Source: Parasynechococcus marenigrum WH 8102
GTDB taxonomy: Bacteria; Cyanobacteriota; Cyanobacteriia; PCC-6307; Cyanobiaceae
Reading direction: 5' to 3'
Length of the DNA stretch: 32,000 bases
NCBI RefSeq assembly: GCF_000195975.1
Contig: NC_005070.1
Coordinates: forward strand, 120,001 to 152,000
Shown here: in pieces, positions 8,194-18,642 of the stretch
Position numbering within the stretch: the first letter of the stretch is position 1
How the letters are laid out: each line of letters begins with the position of its first letter
Notes under the pieces: model-generated
The model's input: only the letters and a program-made list of their open reading frames with translations
Told to the model about the DNA's origin: nothing
Database searches by the model: none
Position numbers and translations under genes: made by a program

Positions 8194-9350
8194 CGCGCCA
8201 GCCGCAGGCCTGCGGCCATCCAACGGCTGGCGGGTGGGAAGAAATTTCTGTAGGTATCGCGGCTATGGCCGGGGGGCGTCAGCCAGCAACTGCCCCGCAG
8301 CACAAACTGAGAACTCATGAATTTGCCGTTGTATTCGCCGATGGCGCCGGGCGGTGCCACAAAACCGGGGTAGGGGCGATATGGGCTTGCTGTCCACTGC
8401 CACAACACCCCATGGCTGTGGAGCAGGGCTTCGCCGTGCACCGCAGCGGCGTGCTCCCACTCAGCTTCGGTCGGCAGACGGGCATCACTCCAGCGGGCGA
8501 AGGCATCCGCTTCAAACCAGCTCAAGTGCCGCACAGGAGCATCCGGATCCAGCGGCTGGCGGCCGGCCAGGGTGAATTCCTCCTGTACACCACGCCAGTA
8601 GCGCGGGCCGATCCAGCCGTTCTGCTGACAGAGGCTCCAGCCTTCACTCATCCAGAGATCCGGGCGCGAGTAACCACCGTCCGCGATGAAGGCCTGGAAC
8701 GCGCCATTGCTCACCAGGTCATTGCGGATCTCGAACCCATCCAGCCACGCGCGATGACGGGGACCTTCGTTGTCGAAGTGGAAGCCCGTTCCCCTATGGC
8801 CGATGGACACCAAACCTTCGTCGCAGCTCAGCCATCCGTCGGATGCGGTCTGGATGCTGAGGTCTGCCTCACGGTGATAGCAAGGTTCCAGCGGTTGACG
8901 GCTGAAGCCATCCAAGAGGTCCATCAACAACAGCTCCTGATGCTGCTGTTCGTGCTGCAGACCCAACTCCAGGAGCTGAAGACTCGTTTCATCGGGTGCT
9001 TGGAGCAATTCCTCCAGACCGTCATTCACCCGTGAGCGCCAGCGCAGGATCTCCTTGACGGTGGGCCGACTCAGTAATCCCCGTTGGGGTCTGGGGTGAC
9101 GATCACCAACGCTGTCGTAATAGGAATTGAACTGATAAGCCCAGCGGGGATCACAGGGCTCGTGCCCCTTGAGATGGGGTTGCAGCAGGAATGTCTCAAA
9201 AAACCAGTTGGTGTGAGCCAGGTGCCACTTCGGCGGACTGGCATCCGCCATTCCCTGCAGGCCCAGATCCTCCAGTTCCAGGGGATCGATCAACGCCTCA
9301 CTGCGATCACGTACCTCAAGAAGGGTGTTCAGCTGCAAGACCAGGTTCAA
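8190..9350 (-). CDS. egtB: ergothioneine biosynthesis sulfoxide synthase (EgtB-type: DinB-like plus FGE-sulfatase-like domains)
   Basis: 386 aa. The N-terminal region is DinB-like (PPKWHLAHTNWFFETFLL, HEQQHQELLL). The C-terminal domain is FGE-like (VRHLSWFEADAFARWSDARLPTEAEWEHAA, YPGFVAPPGAIGEYNGKFMSSQFVLRGSCWLTP). It is too short for OvoA. The start is a TTG as given by the track, so the exact start is uncertain. Confidence 0.85.
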   Translation of the reverse strand: MNLVLQLNTLLEVRDRSEALIDPLELEDLGLQGMADASPPKWHLAHTNWFFETFLLQPHLKGHEPCDPRWAYQFNSYYDSVGDRHPRPQRGLLSRPTVKEILRWRSRVNDGLEELLQAPDETSLQLLELGLQHEQQHQELLLMDLLDGFSRQPLEPCYHREADLSIQTASDGWLSCDEGLVSIGHRGTGFHFDNEGPRHRAWLDGFEIRNDLVSNGAFQAFIADGGYSRPDLWMSEGWSLCQQNGWIGPRYWRGVQEEFTLAGRQPLDPDAPVRHLSWFEADAFARWSDARLPTEAEWEHAAAVHGEALLHSHGVLWQWTASPYRPYPGFVAPPGAIGEYNGKFMSSQFVLRGSCWLTPPGHSRDTYRNFFPPASRWMAAGLRLAR

Positions 9351-9454
9351 CGTTCGCCGCGGACCCTAAAGCGAGCTCTTCATTGCCGCAGCGTCCTTAC
9401 GATCGAGTGAGGAATTTTGCGGGCTCTGAAGCTCGTCCGGTCCGGAGGTCGGAG

Positions 9455-10480
9455 ATGGCCCGTGTCAGCGCCAGCCAACGCGAGCGTGCCGCAGAGGGGC
9501 GTGTATGGCCCGTAGTCGCCGCTCTGGTGATCTCAGCTTTGCTAGGAACGCTGATTGGTTGGCTGTTCCTCTCCCGCGGATCAGGTTCGGGGGATTCCCC
9601 TGCAACCGACTCCAAGCGTGCGGAACGGGAGCTGGTCAGTCCGCAGCCACCATCTCAAACTAAAAATTCAGAGCCGCGACAGCAGTTGCTCAACCGCCTG
9701 CGGGCGCTGCAGGTCAACCGCACCTGGTTCCTCAGACTGGTGGACAGCAGCTGGCTCAGCCGCTTCCCCGAGCGGGGAGGGCGGTTGCCTTCTGCCTCCA
9801 TAGACGACGGTCCGCTGAGGCAGGTTTGGGACGATTTGTCCGAGGAGTGGTTGGCCCGGGTTGAGCAACTGCCGCCAGCGATCCGCGCCCGGCTGGGACA
9901 GCTCGACAACCAGGACTGGGACAAGCAGAAGCAGATCCTGATCCAGCAGGACGTTCACCCTCGGGTGATTCAGGCGCTGGTGACTGCCGCCGCGCGCACC
10001 GTTCTCCCCGGGGATGTCAGTGCAGGCCCAGTTGAGGAGCCCTACCGCCAACTTTGGATCGCTGCCGCGATCGAGACTCTCAAGGGAATCAGCATCGACA
10101 CGATTGCTGCGCGATCCGTTGAAGTCACCACCCGCTCGCTCAGGGTGTCGTCGGGCGGAGCCCGTTTGATCGCGGTGACGGTTCCAGTGGGATCGTCGCT
10201 GGTGCTGGGGATCAACGGCACACCGTTGATGGAGATGACAGTGTTCGGTTCGGATGGCCAGGTGCTGGCGGCCAGAGGCCCACTTCGGGTGGTCAGCCTC
10301 CCTCCCGAGGCGGGATCACCGGTGCAGGTGCTGGTGGTGAATGACGGTGTTGCGTCCGGCGTGCTAACCCTGTCCTGCCGCGCTGATGCACCGCCGCAGC
10401 CCCAAATGGTTCAGCAGCCTGACGTCGATGCACCTGAGATGAACGAAGCGGAGGAGTCGGACTTCGACCCGATGGAATGA
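9455..10480 (+). CDS. membrane-anchored hypothetical protein (341 aa)
   Basis: Track ORF 9191..10480 trimmed to the ATG at codon 89 (9455), which has GGAGG upstream. It has a basic N-terminus, one TM helix (VWPVVAALVISALLGTLIGWLFL) and a Ser/Gly/Pro linker. These are followed by a W/L/R-rich helical region, a beta-rich C-terminal module and an acidic tail. I cannot assign a family. Confidence 0.6.
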   Translation: MARVSASQRERAAEGRVWPVVAALVISALLGTLIGWLFLSRGSGSGDSPATDSKRAERELVSPQPPSQTKNSEPRQQLLNRLRALQVNRTWFLRLVDSSWLSRFPERGGRLPSASIDDGPLRQVWDDLSEEWLARVEQLPPAIRARLGQLDNQDWDKQKQILIQQDVHPRVIQALVTAAARTVLPGDVSAGPVEEPYRQLWIAAAIETLKGISIDTIAARSVEVTTRSLRVSSGGARLIAVTVPVGSSLVLGINGTPLMEMTVFGSDGQVLAARGPLRVVSLPPEAGSPVQVLVVNDGVASGVLTLSCRADAPPQPQMVQQPDVDAPEMNEAEESDFDPME

Positions 10481-10481
10481 A

Positions 10482-10982
10482 TCAGAAGCGGGCTATCGCC
10501 GCTTTCACCTCTTTCTTCGATTGCTTCTCCTTCTCGGCAGCGCGCTTGTCGTGCAACTTGCGGCCTTTGCCCAGCCCAATCGTGAGCTTGATCCAGGAAC
10601 CCTTGAGGTGGATGTTCAAAGGGATCAGGGCGAGGCCTTTCTGATCGAGTTGACCGCGCAGCTTGTCGATTTCGCGGCGGTGGGCCAACAGCTTGCGGGT
10701 GCGTAGCGGGTCGTGGTTGAAGTAAGCGCCTGCATGGCTGTGGGGTGAGATGTGCACGTTGTGCAGTTGCAGTTCACCGTTGCGGATCAGACAGAAGCCG
10801 TCCCGCAGGTTGGCCTTTCCGTTGCGGATCGACTTCACTTCGGTCCCCACCAGTTCAATGCCCGTTTCCAGGGTTTCTAGGATTTCGTACTGGTGCCTGG
10901 CCTGACGATTGTCCGCCAGCATCCGATTGGCTGCGGCACGGGCCGCGGCTGCGGCTGCTTTTTTCGCTCCCCCCTTGGCCAT
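10482..10982 (-). CDS. smpB: SsrA(tmRNA)-binding protein SmpB
   Basis: 166 aa. The stretch [29 protein letters not shown]...[11 protein letters not shown]...[32 protein letters not shown] is a typical SmpB, including the basic C-terminal tail. Confidence 0.95.
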   Translation of the reverse strand: MAKGGAKKAAAAAARAAANRMLADNRQARHQYEILETLETGIELVGTEVKSIRNGKANLRDGFCLIRNGELQLHNVHISPHSHAGAYFNHDPLRTRKLLAHRREIDKLRGQLDQKGLALIPLNIHLKGSWIKLTIGLGKGRKLHDKRAAEKEKQSKKEVKAAIARF

Positions 10983-11032
10983 GGCTGCGGCTGCGTCTCC
11001 CGACCCTATCCAGGTCTGGGTACCCTTCCGGC

Positions 11033-12079
11033 ATGGCGATCGTCTCCTCCAACGCCGGCTCCTCTGCGCCCCGTCGTGAGCCGGTGCTCGATGCGCAGCC
11101 GTTGCCCGAGGAATCGAGCGGGCGTCCCGACGATGGTTTGCGTCCCAAGCGACTGGACGACTACATAGGCCAGGACGAACTGAAGCAGGTGCTGGGAATC
11201 GCCGTTCAGGCGGCCCTCGGCCGTGGTGACGCCCTGGATCATGTGCTGCTTTACGGCCCTCCAGGTCTCGGAAAGACCACCATGGCCCTGGTGTTGGCCG
11301 AAGAACTTGGGGTGACCTGCCGCATCACCAGTGCTCCGGCCCTTGAGCGTCCCCGGGACATCGTGGGTCTCCTGGTCAATGTGCAGCCACGGGATCTGCT
11401 GTTCATCGACGAGATCCATCGCCTCAACCGGGTCTCGGAGGAGCTGCTGTACCCCGCGATGGAGGATCGACGGCTGGACCTCACCGTTGGCAAGGGCAGC
11501 ACAGCGCGCACCCGCTCTCTTGAGTTGCCACCCTTCACCCTGGTGGGGGCCACCACCAAGGCTGGATCGCTCAGTTCACCGCTGCGCGACCGTTTCGGCC
11601 TGATCCAGCGGCTTGAGTTTTACGGCCAGGAGGATCTGGAGGCGATCGTGTCTCGAACCGCTGATCTGCTCGGAGTGTCCCTCTCCGCTGGGGCCTGCCG
11701 TCGCATTGCGGGCTGTTGCCGCGGCACGCCGCGGATCGCCAACCGTCTGTTGCGCCGGGTCCGTGATGTGGCCTGTGTTCAGGGGCGACAGAACCAGATT
11801 GATGAAGGTCTGGTGAGCCAGGCCCTGAGCCTGCATCGGGTCGACCATCGTGGCCTGGATGCCGGTGATCGACGTCTACTGGCGCAACTGGATCAGCACC
11901 ATGATGGTGGACCTGTAGGCCTTGAAACCCTGGCTGCTGCCCTCGGGGAAGATCCCACCACGCTGGAATCGGTGGTGGAACCCTTTCTGCTCCAGCAAGG
12001 GCTACTGGTACGCACGCCGCGAGGCCGGATGCTCACCGAAGCCGCCCGCGCGCATCTCCGCGAGCAGGAGGTGGCATGA
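11033..12079 (+). CDS. ruvB: Holliday-junction branch-migration helicase RuvB
   Basis: Track ORF 10745..12079 trimmed to the ATG at codon 97 (11033). It shows [12 protein letters not shown], Walker [10 protein letters not shown], Walker [10 protein letters not shown], sensor residues and a winged-helix C-domain. Confidence 0.95.
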   Translation: MAIVSSNAGSSAPRREPVLDAQPLPEESSGRPDDGLRPKRLDDYIGQDELKQVLGIAVQAALGRGDALDHVLLYGPPGLGKTTMALVLAEELGVTCRITSAPALERPRDIVGLLVNVQPRDLLFIDEIHRLNRVSEELLYPAMEDRRLDLTVGKGSTARTRSLELPPFTLVGATTKAGSLSSPLRDRFGLIQRLEFYGQEDLEAIVSRTADLLGVSLSAGACRRIAGCCRGTPRIANRLLRRVRDVACVQGRQNQIDEGLVSQALSLHRVDHRGLDAGDRRLLAQLDQHHDGGPVGLETLAAALGEDPTTLESVVEPFLLQQGLLVRTPRGRMLTEAARAHLREQEVA

Positions 12080-12849
12080 CGCGCTTGTTTGCCGCGCTGT
12101 TGGTTGGTCTGCTGTTGCTCCTGCCTCAGACCGTTGCAGCTGAGGATTTGGAATCGCTCTACGGCCGGGCTCTCCAGGCCAGTCAGAGCGGAGACTTCGT
12201 GCAAGCGCTGCCGCTCTGGGATCAGGTGCTGGAGCTATCTCCAAACGATGCCGCTGCCTTGAGCAACCGCGGCAATGTGCGTCTGGCCCTTGGAGATCCC
12301 GATGGGGCAATCGCCGATCAGGCCCGTTCGATCGAACTGGCTCCAGAGGAACCGGATCCGCACTTAAACCGGGGTACTGCTGAGGAAAGCATTCAGGACT
12401 GGGCTGCCGCTGAAGCGGATTACCTCTGGATCCTGGAGCGGGACGCCACGGATGCCTCCGCGTTGTACAACCTCGGCAATGTGCGCGGTTCCACGGGGGA
12501 TTGGGACAGCGCCAGACGCCTCTACGAAGAGGCGGCTCATGCACGGCCCGGTTTCGCCATGGCCCGCTCCAGTGCCGCCCTGGCGGCATGGCAGCAGCAG
12601 GATCTGGTTTGGGCTGAGGCTGAACTGCGCAAGTTGATCCGCCGTTATCCCCTCTTTGCTGATGCCCGGGCCGCCCTCAGCGGCCTGCTCTGGCAAGGGG
12701 GCTTTTCCGGTGAAGCCGAAAGCCATTGGGCCGCGGCTGCCGGCCTCGACACCCGTTATCGCCAGAAGGATTGGCTGCTTGATGTGCGGCGTTGGCCGCC
12801 GCAACCCACCCAGCAGCTGATGGCCTTTCTGGCTTTAGAGGAGCGCTGA
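12076..12849 (+). CDS. secreted or periplasmic TPR-repeat protein
   Basis: ATGA overlap with the ruvB stop. It has a signal peptide ([23 protein letters not shown]) followed by several 34-residue TPR-like units ([32 protein letters not shown]). Confidence 0.8.
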   Translation: MTRLFAALLVGLLLLLPQTVAAEDLESLYGRALQASQSGDFVQALPLWDQVLELSPNDAAALSNRGNVRLALGDPDGAIADQARSIELAPEEPDPHLNRGTAEESIQDWAAAEADYLWILERDATDASALYNLGNVRGSTGDWDSARRLYEEAAHARPGFAMARSSAALAAWQQQDLVWAEAELRKLIRRYPLFADARAALSGLLWQGGFSGEAESHWAAAAGLDTRYRQKDWLLDVRRWPPQPTQQLMAFLALEER

Positions 12850-12851
12850 CG

Positions 12852-14027
12852 GTGCTGGATCATGAGCTGTTGAACGGCCTGGATCAGGCCCTGCCCGAGC
12901 TGATCGAGCTGCGCCGACATCTGCATGCCCACCCTGAGCTCAGCGGCGAGGAGCATCAGACGGCAGCCCTGGTGGCTGGAGAGTTGCGGGCCTGCGGCTG
13001 GCGCGTTCAGGAGGGCGTAGGACGCACGGGGGTTGTGGCAGAAGCCGGTCCGCTGGATGGCCCCACGGTTGGTCTGCGGGTGGATATGGATGCCCTGCCT
13101 GTGGAGGAGCGCACCGGTCTCTCCTTTGCCTCCACCCGTCAGGGGGTGATGCACGCCTGCGGCCATGACCTGCACACCTGCATCGGACTTGGTGTGGCAC
13201 GGCTGTTGGGGGCCAGGGAGGAGTTGCCCTTTCGGGTTCGTTTGCTGTTTCAACCTGCTGAGGAGCTGGCTCAGGGGGCGGTCTGGATGCGTGATGCCGG
13301 CGCCACCGACGGGCTGAACGCCCTTTTTGGCGTGCATGTGGTGCCGAATCTGCCGGGGGGCAGCGTGGGCATCCGCCGCGGTTGCCTCACCGCAGCAGCG
13401 GGAGAACTGGAGATCCAGATCCAAGGGGAAGGCGGGCATGGTGCCCGTCCTCATCAGGCGGTGGATGCAATCTGGCTTGCCGCTCGGGTGGTGACCGAAC
13501 TGCAGCAAGCCATCAGTCGCCGCCTCGATGCACTGCAGCCGGTGGTGATCAGCTTCGGGCGGGTGGAGGGTGGCCGGGCCTTCAATGTGATCGCCGATCG
13601 GGTGCGCCTATTGGGCACGGTGCGTTGCCTGGATCTGGATCTGCATGGGCGATTGCCGGCTTGGATCGACAACACCGTGCAGGCGATCTGCCGCAGTGGT
13701 GGTGGCGAGGCGGAGGTGAGCTACCGCTGCATTGCTCCACCGGTGCACAACGACCCCGGTCTCACCGATCTGATGGAAGGCCGAGCTGTACAGCTGCTGG
13801 GCCGGGACCAGGTTCTGCCTGTTGATCTGCCGTCGTTGGGGGCTGAAGACTTCGCCGAGCTGTTGCGGGATGTGCCCGGCACCATGCTCAGGCTTGGGGT
13901 GGCCGGGCCGGATGGCTGTGCGCCACTGCATCACGGCCGGTTTCAGCTGGATGAGCGGGCCTTGGGGGTCGGCATTCAGGTGCTCACCGCCACCCTTTTG
14001 GAATGGATGGAGGTGCAGTCGGTCTGA
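12852..14027 (+). CDS. M20D-family amidohydrolase (N-acyl-L-amino-acid amidohydrolase / hippuricase-like)
   Basis: Track ORF 12792..14027 trimmed to the GTG at codon 21 (12852), 2 nt after the TPR gene stop. It shows LRRHLHAHPELSGEEHQTA, MHACGHDLH, LLFQPAEE and GAEDF motifs. Confidence 0.85.
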   Translation: MLDHELLNGLDQALPELIELRRHLHAHPELSGEEHQTAALVAGELRACGWRVQEGVGRTGVVAEAGPLDGPTVGLRVDMDALPVEERTGLSFASTRQGVMHACGHDLHTCIGLGVARLLGAREELPFRVRLLFQPAEELAQGAVWMRDAGATDGLNALFGVHVVPNLPGGSVGIRRGCLTAAAGELEIQIQGEGGHGARPHQAVDAIWLAARVVTELQQAISRRLDALQPVVISFGRVEGGRAFNVIADRVRLLGTVRCLDLDLHGRLPAWIDNTVQAICRSGGGEAEVSYRCIAPPVHNDPGLTDLMEGRAVQLLGRDQVLPVDLPSLGAEDFAELLRDVPGTMLRLGVAGPDGCAPLHHGRFQLDERALGVGIQVLTATLLEWMEVQSV

Positions 14028-14245
14028 TGAAGCGCTTGTCGCTCAGTTTTGTCTCTCTCGGTGCTCCGTTGCTGCTGATGCTGGCGCTGGTGGCGGTGCA
14101 ACAACGCCAGGGCAGGGATCGGATTCAGGCCCTGCCGGCGGCGCTGGTGGGAACCGGCCTGATGATCAGTAGCGCAGTGGGCCGTCGCCGGCACCGCGCC
14201 CGGATCCTGAGTGCGTTGCGCAGCAGTCGGCACTCTTCTCCGTGA
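14027..14245 (+). CDS. possible small two-helix membrane protein (72 aa)
   Basis: Track ORF 14003..14245 trimmed to the ATG at codon 9 (14027), which shares one base with the amidohydrolase stop (TGATG). It has two hydrophobic segments and an Arg-rich tail. No homology is recognised, so the coding status is uncertain. Confidence 0.4.
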   Translation: MKRLSLSFVSLGAPLLLMLALVAVQQRQGRDRIQALPAALVGTGLMISSAVGRRRHRARILSALRSSRHSSP

Positions 14246-14255
14246 GACTGATGGC

Positions 14256-14873
14256 ATGACTGAGTCTTCCGACACCCCCGTCCCAGATCTCGCCGTGCTG
14301 CAGGAGGCCATTGCCAGCGGCGATCCGGTGCGCGCCATGCCGGCTTTGACCCAGCTCCGGTTTGTCTCCGACGCTGATGCGGTGCCGCTGCTGGTGCTGG
14401 GCACCGAGCAAAAGCCCTTCCTGGTGCGCTCCCTTAGTTGCAGTGGCCTGGGCTACAAGCGCACCGAGCAGGGCTGGGACGTGTTGAGGCGCTTGCTGGT
14501 GAACGATGAGGACCCGAATGTGCGGGCGGAAGCGGCCAATGCACTGGCCAGCTATGGCGTGGATCGGGCCTGGCCGCTCCTGCAAAACGCTTTCGCCGCT
14601 GATGACGCCTGGCTGGTGCGCTGCAGCATTCTTTCGGCGCTGGCCGAGCAGCCGGAGATCAATCTCTCCTGGTTGATGGAGCTGGCGACGATGGCGATCG
14701 CAGATCCCGACGGGACGGTGCGGGTAAGCGGGGCCGAAATTCTCGGGCGTCTGGTGCGGGATGGTGCCGGGCAGGCCGTTGGTGTTCAGGCCAGAGCGCT
14801 GTTGCAGCCGCTTCAGCAGGACAGTGATCACCGTGTGGTGGCAGCTGCTCTGAATGGTCTGCAGTCGAGCTGA
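14256..14873 (+). CDS. HEAT-repeat (PBS-lyase-like repeat) protein
   Basis: Track ORF 14211..14873 trimmed to the ATG at codon 16 (14256). It contains repeated helical units with the DxxxxVR signature (DEDPNVRAEAANALA, DDAWLVRCSILSALA, DPDGTVRVSGAEILG, DSDHRVVAAALNGL). Confidence 0.75.
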   Translation: MTESSDTPVPDLAVLQEAIASGDPVRAMPALTQLRFVSDADAVPLLVLGTEQKPFLVRSLSCSGLGYKRTEQGWDVLRRLLVNDEDPNVRAEAANALASYGVDRAWPLLQNAFAADDAWLVRCSILSALAEQPEINLSWLMELATMAIADPDGTVRVSGAEILGRLVRDGAGQAVGVQARALLQPLQQDSDHRVVAAALNGLQSS

Positions 14874-14910
14874 CCTGGAAAGTCAGGCACGCTTGCTAGC
14901 TTTCAAACAC

Positions 14911-16458
<1,548 letters not shown>

Positions 16459-16485
16459 CGCGGCCACTCCGAATTGGCTCGCATG

Positions 16486-16516
16486 CCCGGCTTCTGATTC
16501 AGGAGCCGGGTTTTTT
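16486..16516 (+). terminator. intrinsic terminator of thiC
   Basis: CCCGGCUUCUG / CAGGAGCCGGG forms a stem of about 11 bp (one G-U pair) with a 3-nt loop, followed by UUUUUU. It starts 28 nt after the thiC stop. Confidence 0.8.
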
Positions 16517-16521
16517 GTTGA

Positions 16522-16554
16522 ACAAAAAAGACCCCCTGCCGTAGCAAGGGGTCT
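16522..16554 (-). terminator. intrinsic terminator of tkt
   Basis: On the minus strand, AGACCCC..(12 nt)..GGGGUCU is followed by UUUUUGUU. It starts about 25 nt after the tkt stop and sits back-to-back with the thiC terminator. Confidence 0.7.
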
Positions 16555-16579
16555 GAAATTTCGATTGGACCGTCGTTGA

Positions 16580-18589
16580 TCAGGCCAATAGGGCGCTGGC
16601 CTTGGCCACCAAGTTCTCCACGGTGAAACCGAACTCCTTCAGACAGGTGCCACCGGGGGCGGAAGCACCAAAGCGGTTCATGGTCACGCTGTCGCCGTCG
16701 AGGCCGATGAAGCGGTGCCAGCCGAAGGATTCAGCGGCTTCCACCACCATGCGCTTTCGTACGGCGTTGGGGAGCACCTTTTCTTTGTAGGCGTCGCTCT
16801 GCTCGTCGAACAGCTCTACGCATGGCATGGACACCACGCGAACCTTTTTGCCGGCTTCCGTCAGTTGCTTGGCAGCCTGGACGCAGAGGTCGAGCTCGGT
16901 GCCGGTGCCGATCAGGATCAGCTCAGGGGTGCCGTCGCAATCCTCCAGCACGTAACCACCTTTGGCGACCTTGTCGATCGAGGAGTTGGCCTGGTTGGCC
17001 ATGCCCTGGCGGCTGAGGCAGAGAGCGCTGGGGCGCTTGCGGTTTTGAATCGCCAGCTTGTAGGCGCCGCTGGTCTCGTTGGCATCGCCAGGACGGAACA
17101 CCAGCATCCCGGGCATAGCGCGCAGGGAGGGGATGGTCTCGATCGGCTGGTGGGTGGGGCCGTCTTCACCGACGCCGATGGAGTCGTGGGTAAGCACGTA
17201 GATCACACCCAGCTCGCTCAGGGCCGACAGGCGCATCGAGCCGCGCATGTAGTCGGCGAACACCAAGAAGGTGCCGCCGTAGGGGATCAGGCCGCTGTCG
17301 TGATATGCGATGCCGTTGAGGATGGCCGCCATGGCGTGCTCACGCACGCCGAAGTGCAGGTAACGCTTCTCAGGGGTTTCAGGCTGGTAGGAGCCGGTCT
17401 CACCCTTGATATCGGTGTAATTGGAGTGGGTGAGGTCAGCCGAGCCGCCGATCAGTTCGGGCAGGTTGGGGCCGAGGGCACCCAGGCAGATCTGGGAGTG
17501 CTTGCGGGTGGCCAGACCCTTCTCGTCAGGGCCAGCGGTGGGCAGATCCTTGTCCCATCCCTCGGGCAGTTCACCGCGGAGCATCCGCTCGAACTCAGCC
17601 GCTTCAGCGGGGAATTGGGTGCGATAGGTGGCCAGGGTCTGGTTCCACTCGGCTTCGAGGCTGGCGCCACGCTCGATCGCCTGACGGAACTGGTCGTAAG
17701 CCTCCTGGGGCACCTCGAAGGGGCCGTACTCCCAGCCCAGCTGCTGGCGGGTGAGAACGGTTTCGTCTTCACCCAGGGGTGCACCGTGCACGCCGGCGGT
17801 GTCGCCCTTGTTGGGGGAGCCGTAGCCGATGGTGGTGGTCACCTTGATGATCGACGGCTTGTCGGTCACGGCCTTGGCGGCTTCGATCGCCTTGGCGATG
17901 GCGTCCACATCGGTGTTGCCGTCGGCCACGTGCTGCACATGCCAGCCGTAGGCCTCGTAGCGCTTGAGCACGTCCTCGGTGAAGGACACGTCCGTGCGGC
18001 CGTCGATGGTGATGTGGTTGTCGTCGTAGAAGGCGATCAGCTTGCCCAGTTTCAGGTGGCCGGCCAGGGAGCAGGCTTCCGAAGCGATGCCCTCCTGGTT
18101 GCAGCCATCACCCATCACCACATAGGTGTAGTGATCCACGAGGGTGGCGCCGGGCTTGTTGAACTTGGCGGCCAGGTGGGATTCAGCGATCGCCAGACCC
18201 ACGGCGTTGGAGATGCCAGCGCCCAGGGGGCCGGTGGTCACTTCCACGCCAGGAGTTTCAAAGGTTTCGGGGTGGCCGGGCGTCTTGGAGCCCCACTGAC
18301 GGAACTGCTTGATGTCGTCGATCGACACCGAGTCGTAGCCGGTGAGGTGCAGCAGCGCGTACAGCAGCATGCAGCCGTGACCAGCCGACAGCACAAAGCG
18401 GTCGCGGTTGAACCACTTGGGGTTCTTGGGGTTGTGCTTCAGGAACTTGTCCCACAGCGCGTAACCCATGGGTGCGCAGCCCATCGGCAGGCCGGGGTGG
18501 CCGCTCTTGGACTTGTTGATGGCATCGACGGCCAGCATCCGGATGCTGTTGATGCAGAGCGTGTCGAGAGACGCGGGCGCAGCGACCAT
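16580..18589 (-). CDS. tkt: transketolase
   Basis: Track ORF 16580..18646 trimmed to the ATG at codon 20 (18589), giving [37 protein letters not shown]. The TPP-binding motif [13 protein letters not shown] and the transketolase pyrimidine-binding and C-terminal domains are present. Confidence 0.95.
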   Translation of the reverse strand: MVAAPASLDTLCINSIRMLAVDAINKSKSGHPGLPMGCAPMGYALWDKFLKHNPKNPKWFNRDRFVLSAGHGCMLLYALLHLTGYDSVSIDDIKQFRQWGSKTPGHPETFETPGVEVTTGPLGAGISNAVGLAIAESHLAAKFNKPGATLVDHYTYVVMGDGCNQEGIASEACSLAGHLKLGKLIAFYDDNHITIDGRTDVSFTEDVLKRYEAYGWHVQHVADGNTDVDAIAKAIEAAKAVTDKPSIIKVTTTIGYGSPNKGDTAGVHGAPLGEDETVLTRQQLGWEYGPFEVPQEAYDQFRQAIERGASLEAEWNQTLATYRTQFPAEAAEFERMLRGELPEGWDKDLPTAGPDEKGLATRKHSQICLGALGPNLPELIGGSADLTHSNYTDIKGETGSYQPETPEKRYLHFGVREHAMAAILNGIAYHDSGLIPYGGTFLVFADYMRGSMRLSALSELGVIYVLTHDSIGVGEDGPTHQPIETIPSLRAMPGMLVFRPGDANETSGAYKLAIQNRKRPSALCLSRQGMANQANSSIDKVAKGGYVLEDCDGTPELILIGTGTELDLCVQAAKQLTEAGKKVRVVSMPCVELFDEQSDAYKEKVLPNAVRKRMVVEAAESFGWHRFIGLDGDSVTMNRFGASAPGGTCLKEFGFTVENLVAKASALLA

Positions 18590-18642
18590 GGTGTTAGAAG
18601 GAAAAGTTGGGGCGATTGTGACGCACGATGAGAGCCTGAGGC

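Noticed and set aside
10947-10994. A 12-nt direct repeat GGCTGCGGCTGC, occurring once in the smpB Ala-rich N-terminal coding region and once just upstream of its ATG.
   Set aside because: It is a short GC-rich Ala-codon repeat, most likely slippage or duplication noise. There is no associated structure or partner element.
14694-14701. HIP1-type octamer palindromes (GCGATCGC) seen here and at a few other places, for example near 18186, 25348 and 26712.
   Set aside because: This is a known cyanobacterial genome-wide motif. There are only a handful of copies in 32 kb, all inside coding regions. I cannot compute enrichment, so there is no local significance.
16715-18631. Very long ORFs antisense to real genes. 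These include the 638-aa ORF opposite tkt, plus 4554..5660 opposite lysS, 14980..16008 opposite thiC and 20476..21393 and 21997..22650 opposite glmS. They also include 23946..25058 opposite manC, 30008..31351 opposite glgP and 12756..13508 opposite the amidohydrolase.
   Set aside because: Their translations are Gly/Arg/Ala/His/Pro-rich low-complexity strings with no motifs. The opposite strand encodes unmistakable conserved enzymes in each case. Long stop-free antisense frames are expected in GC-rich coding DNA.
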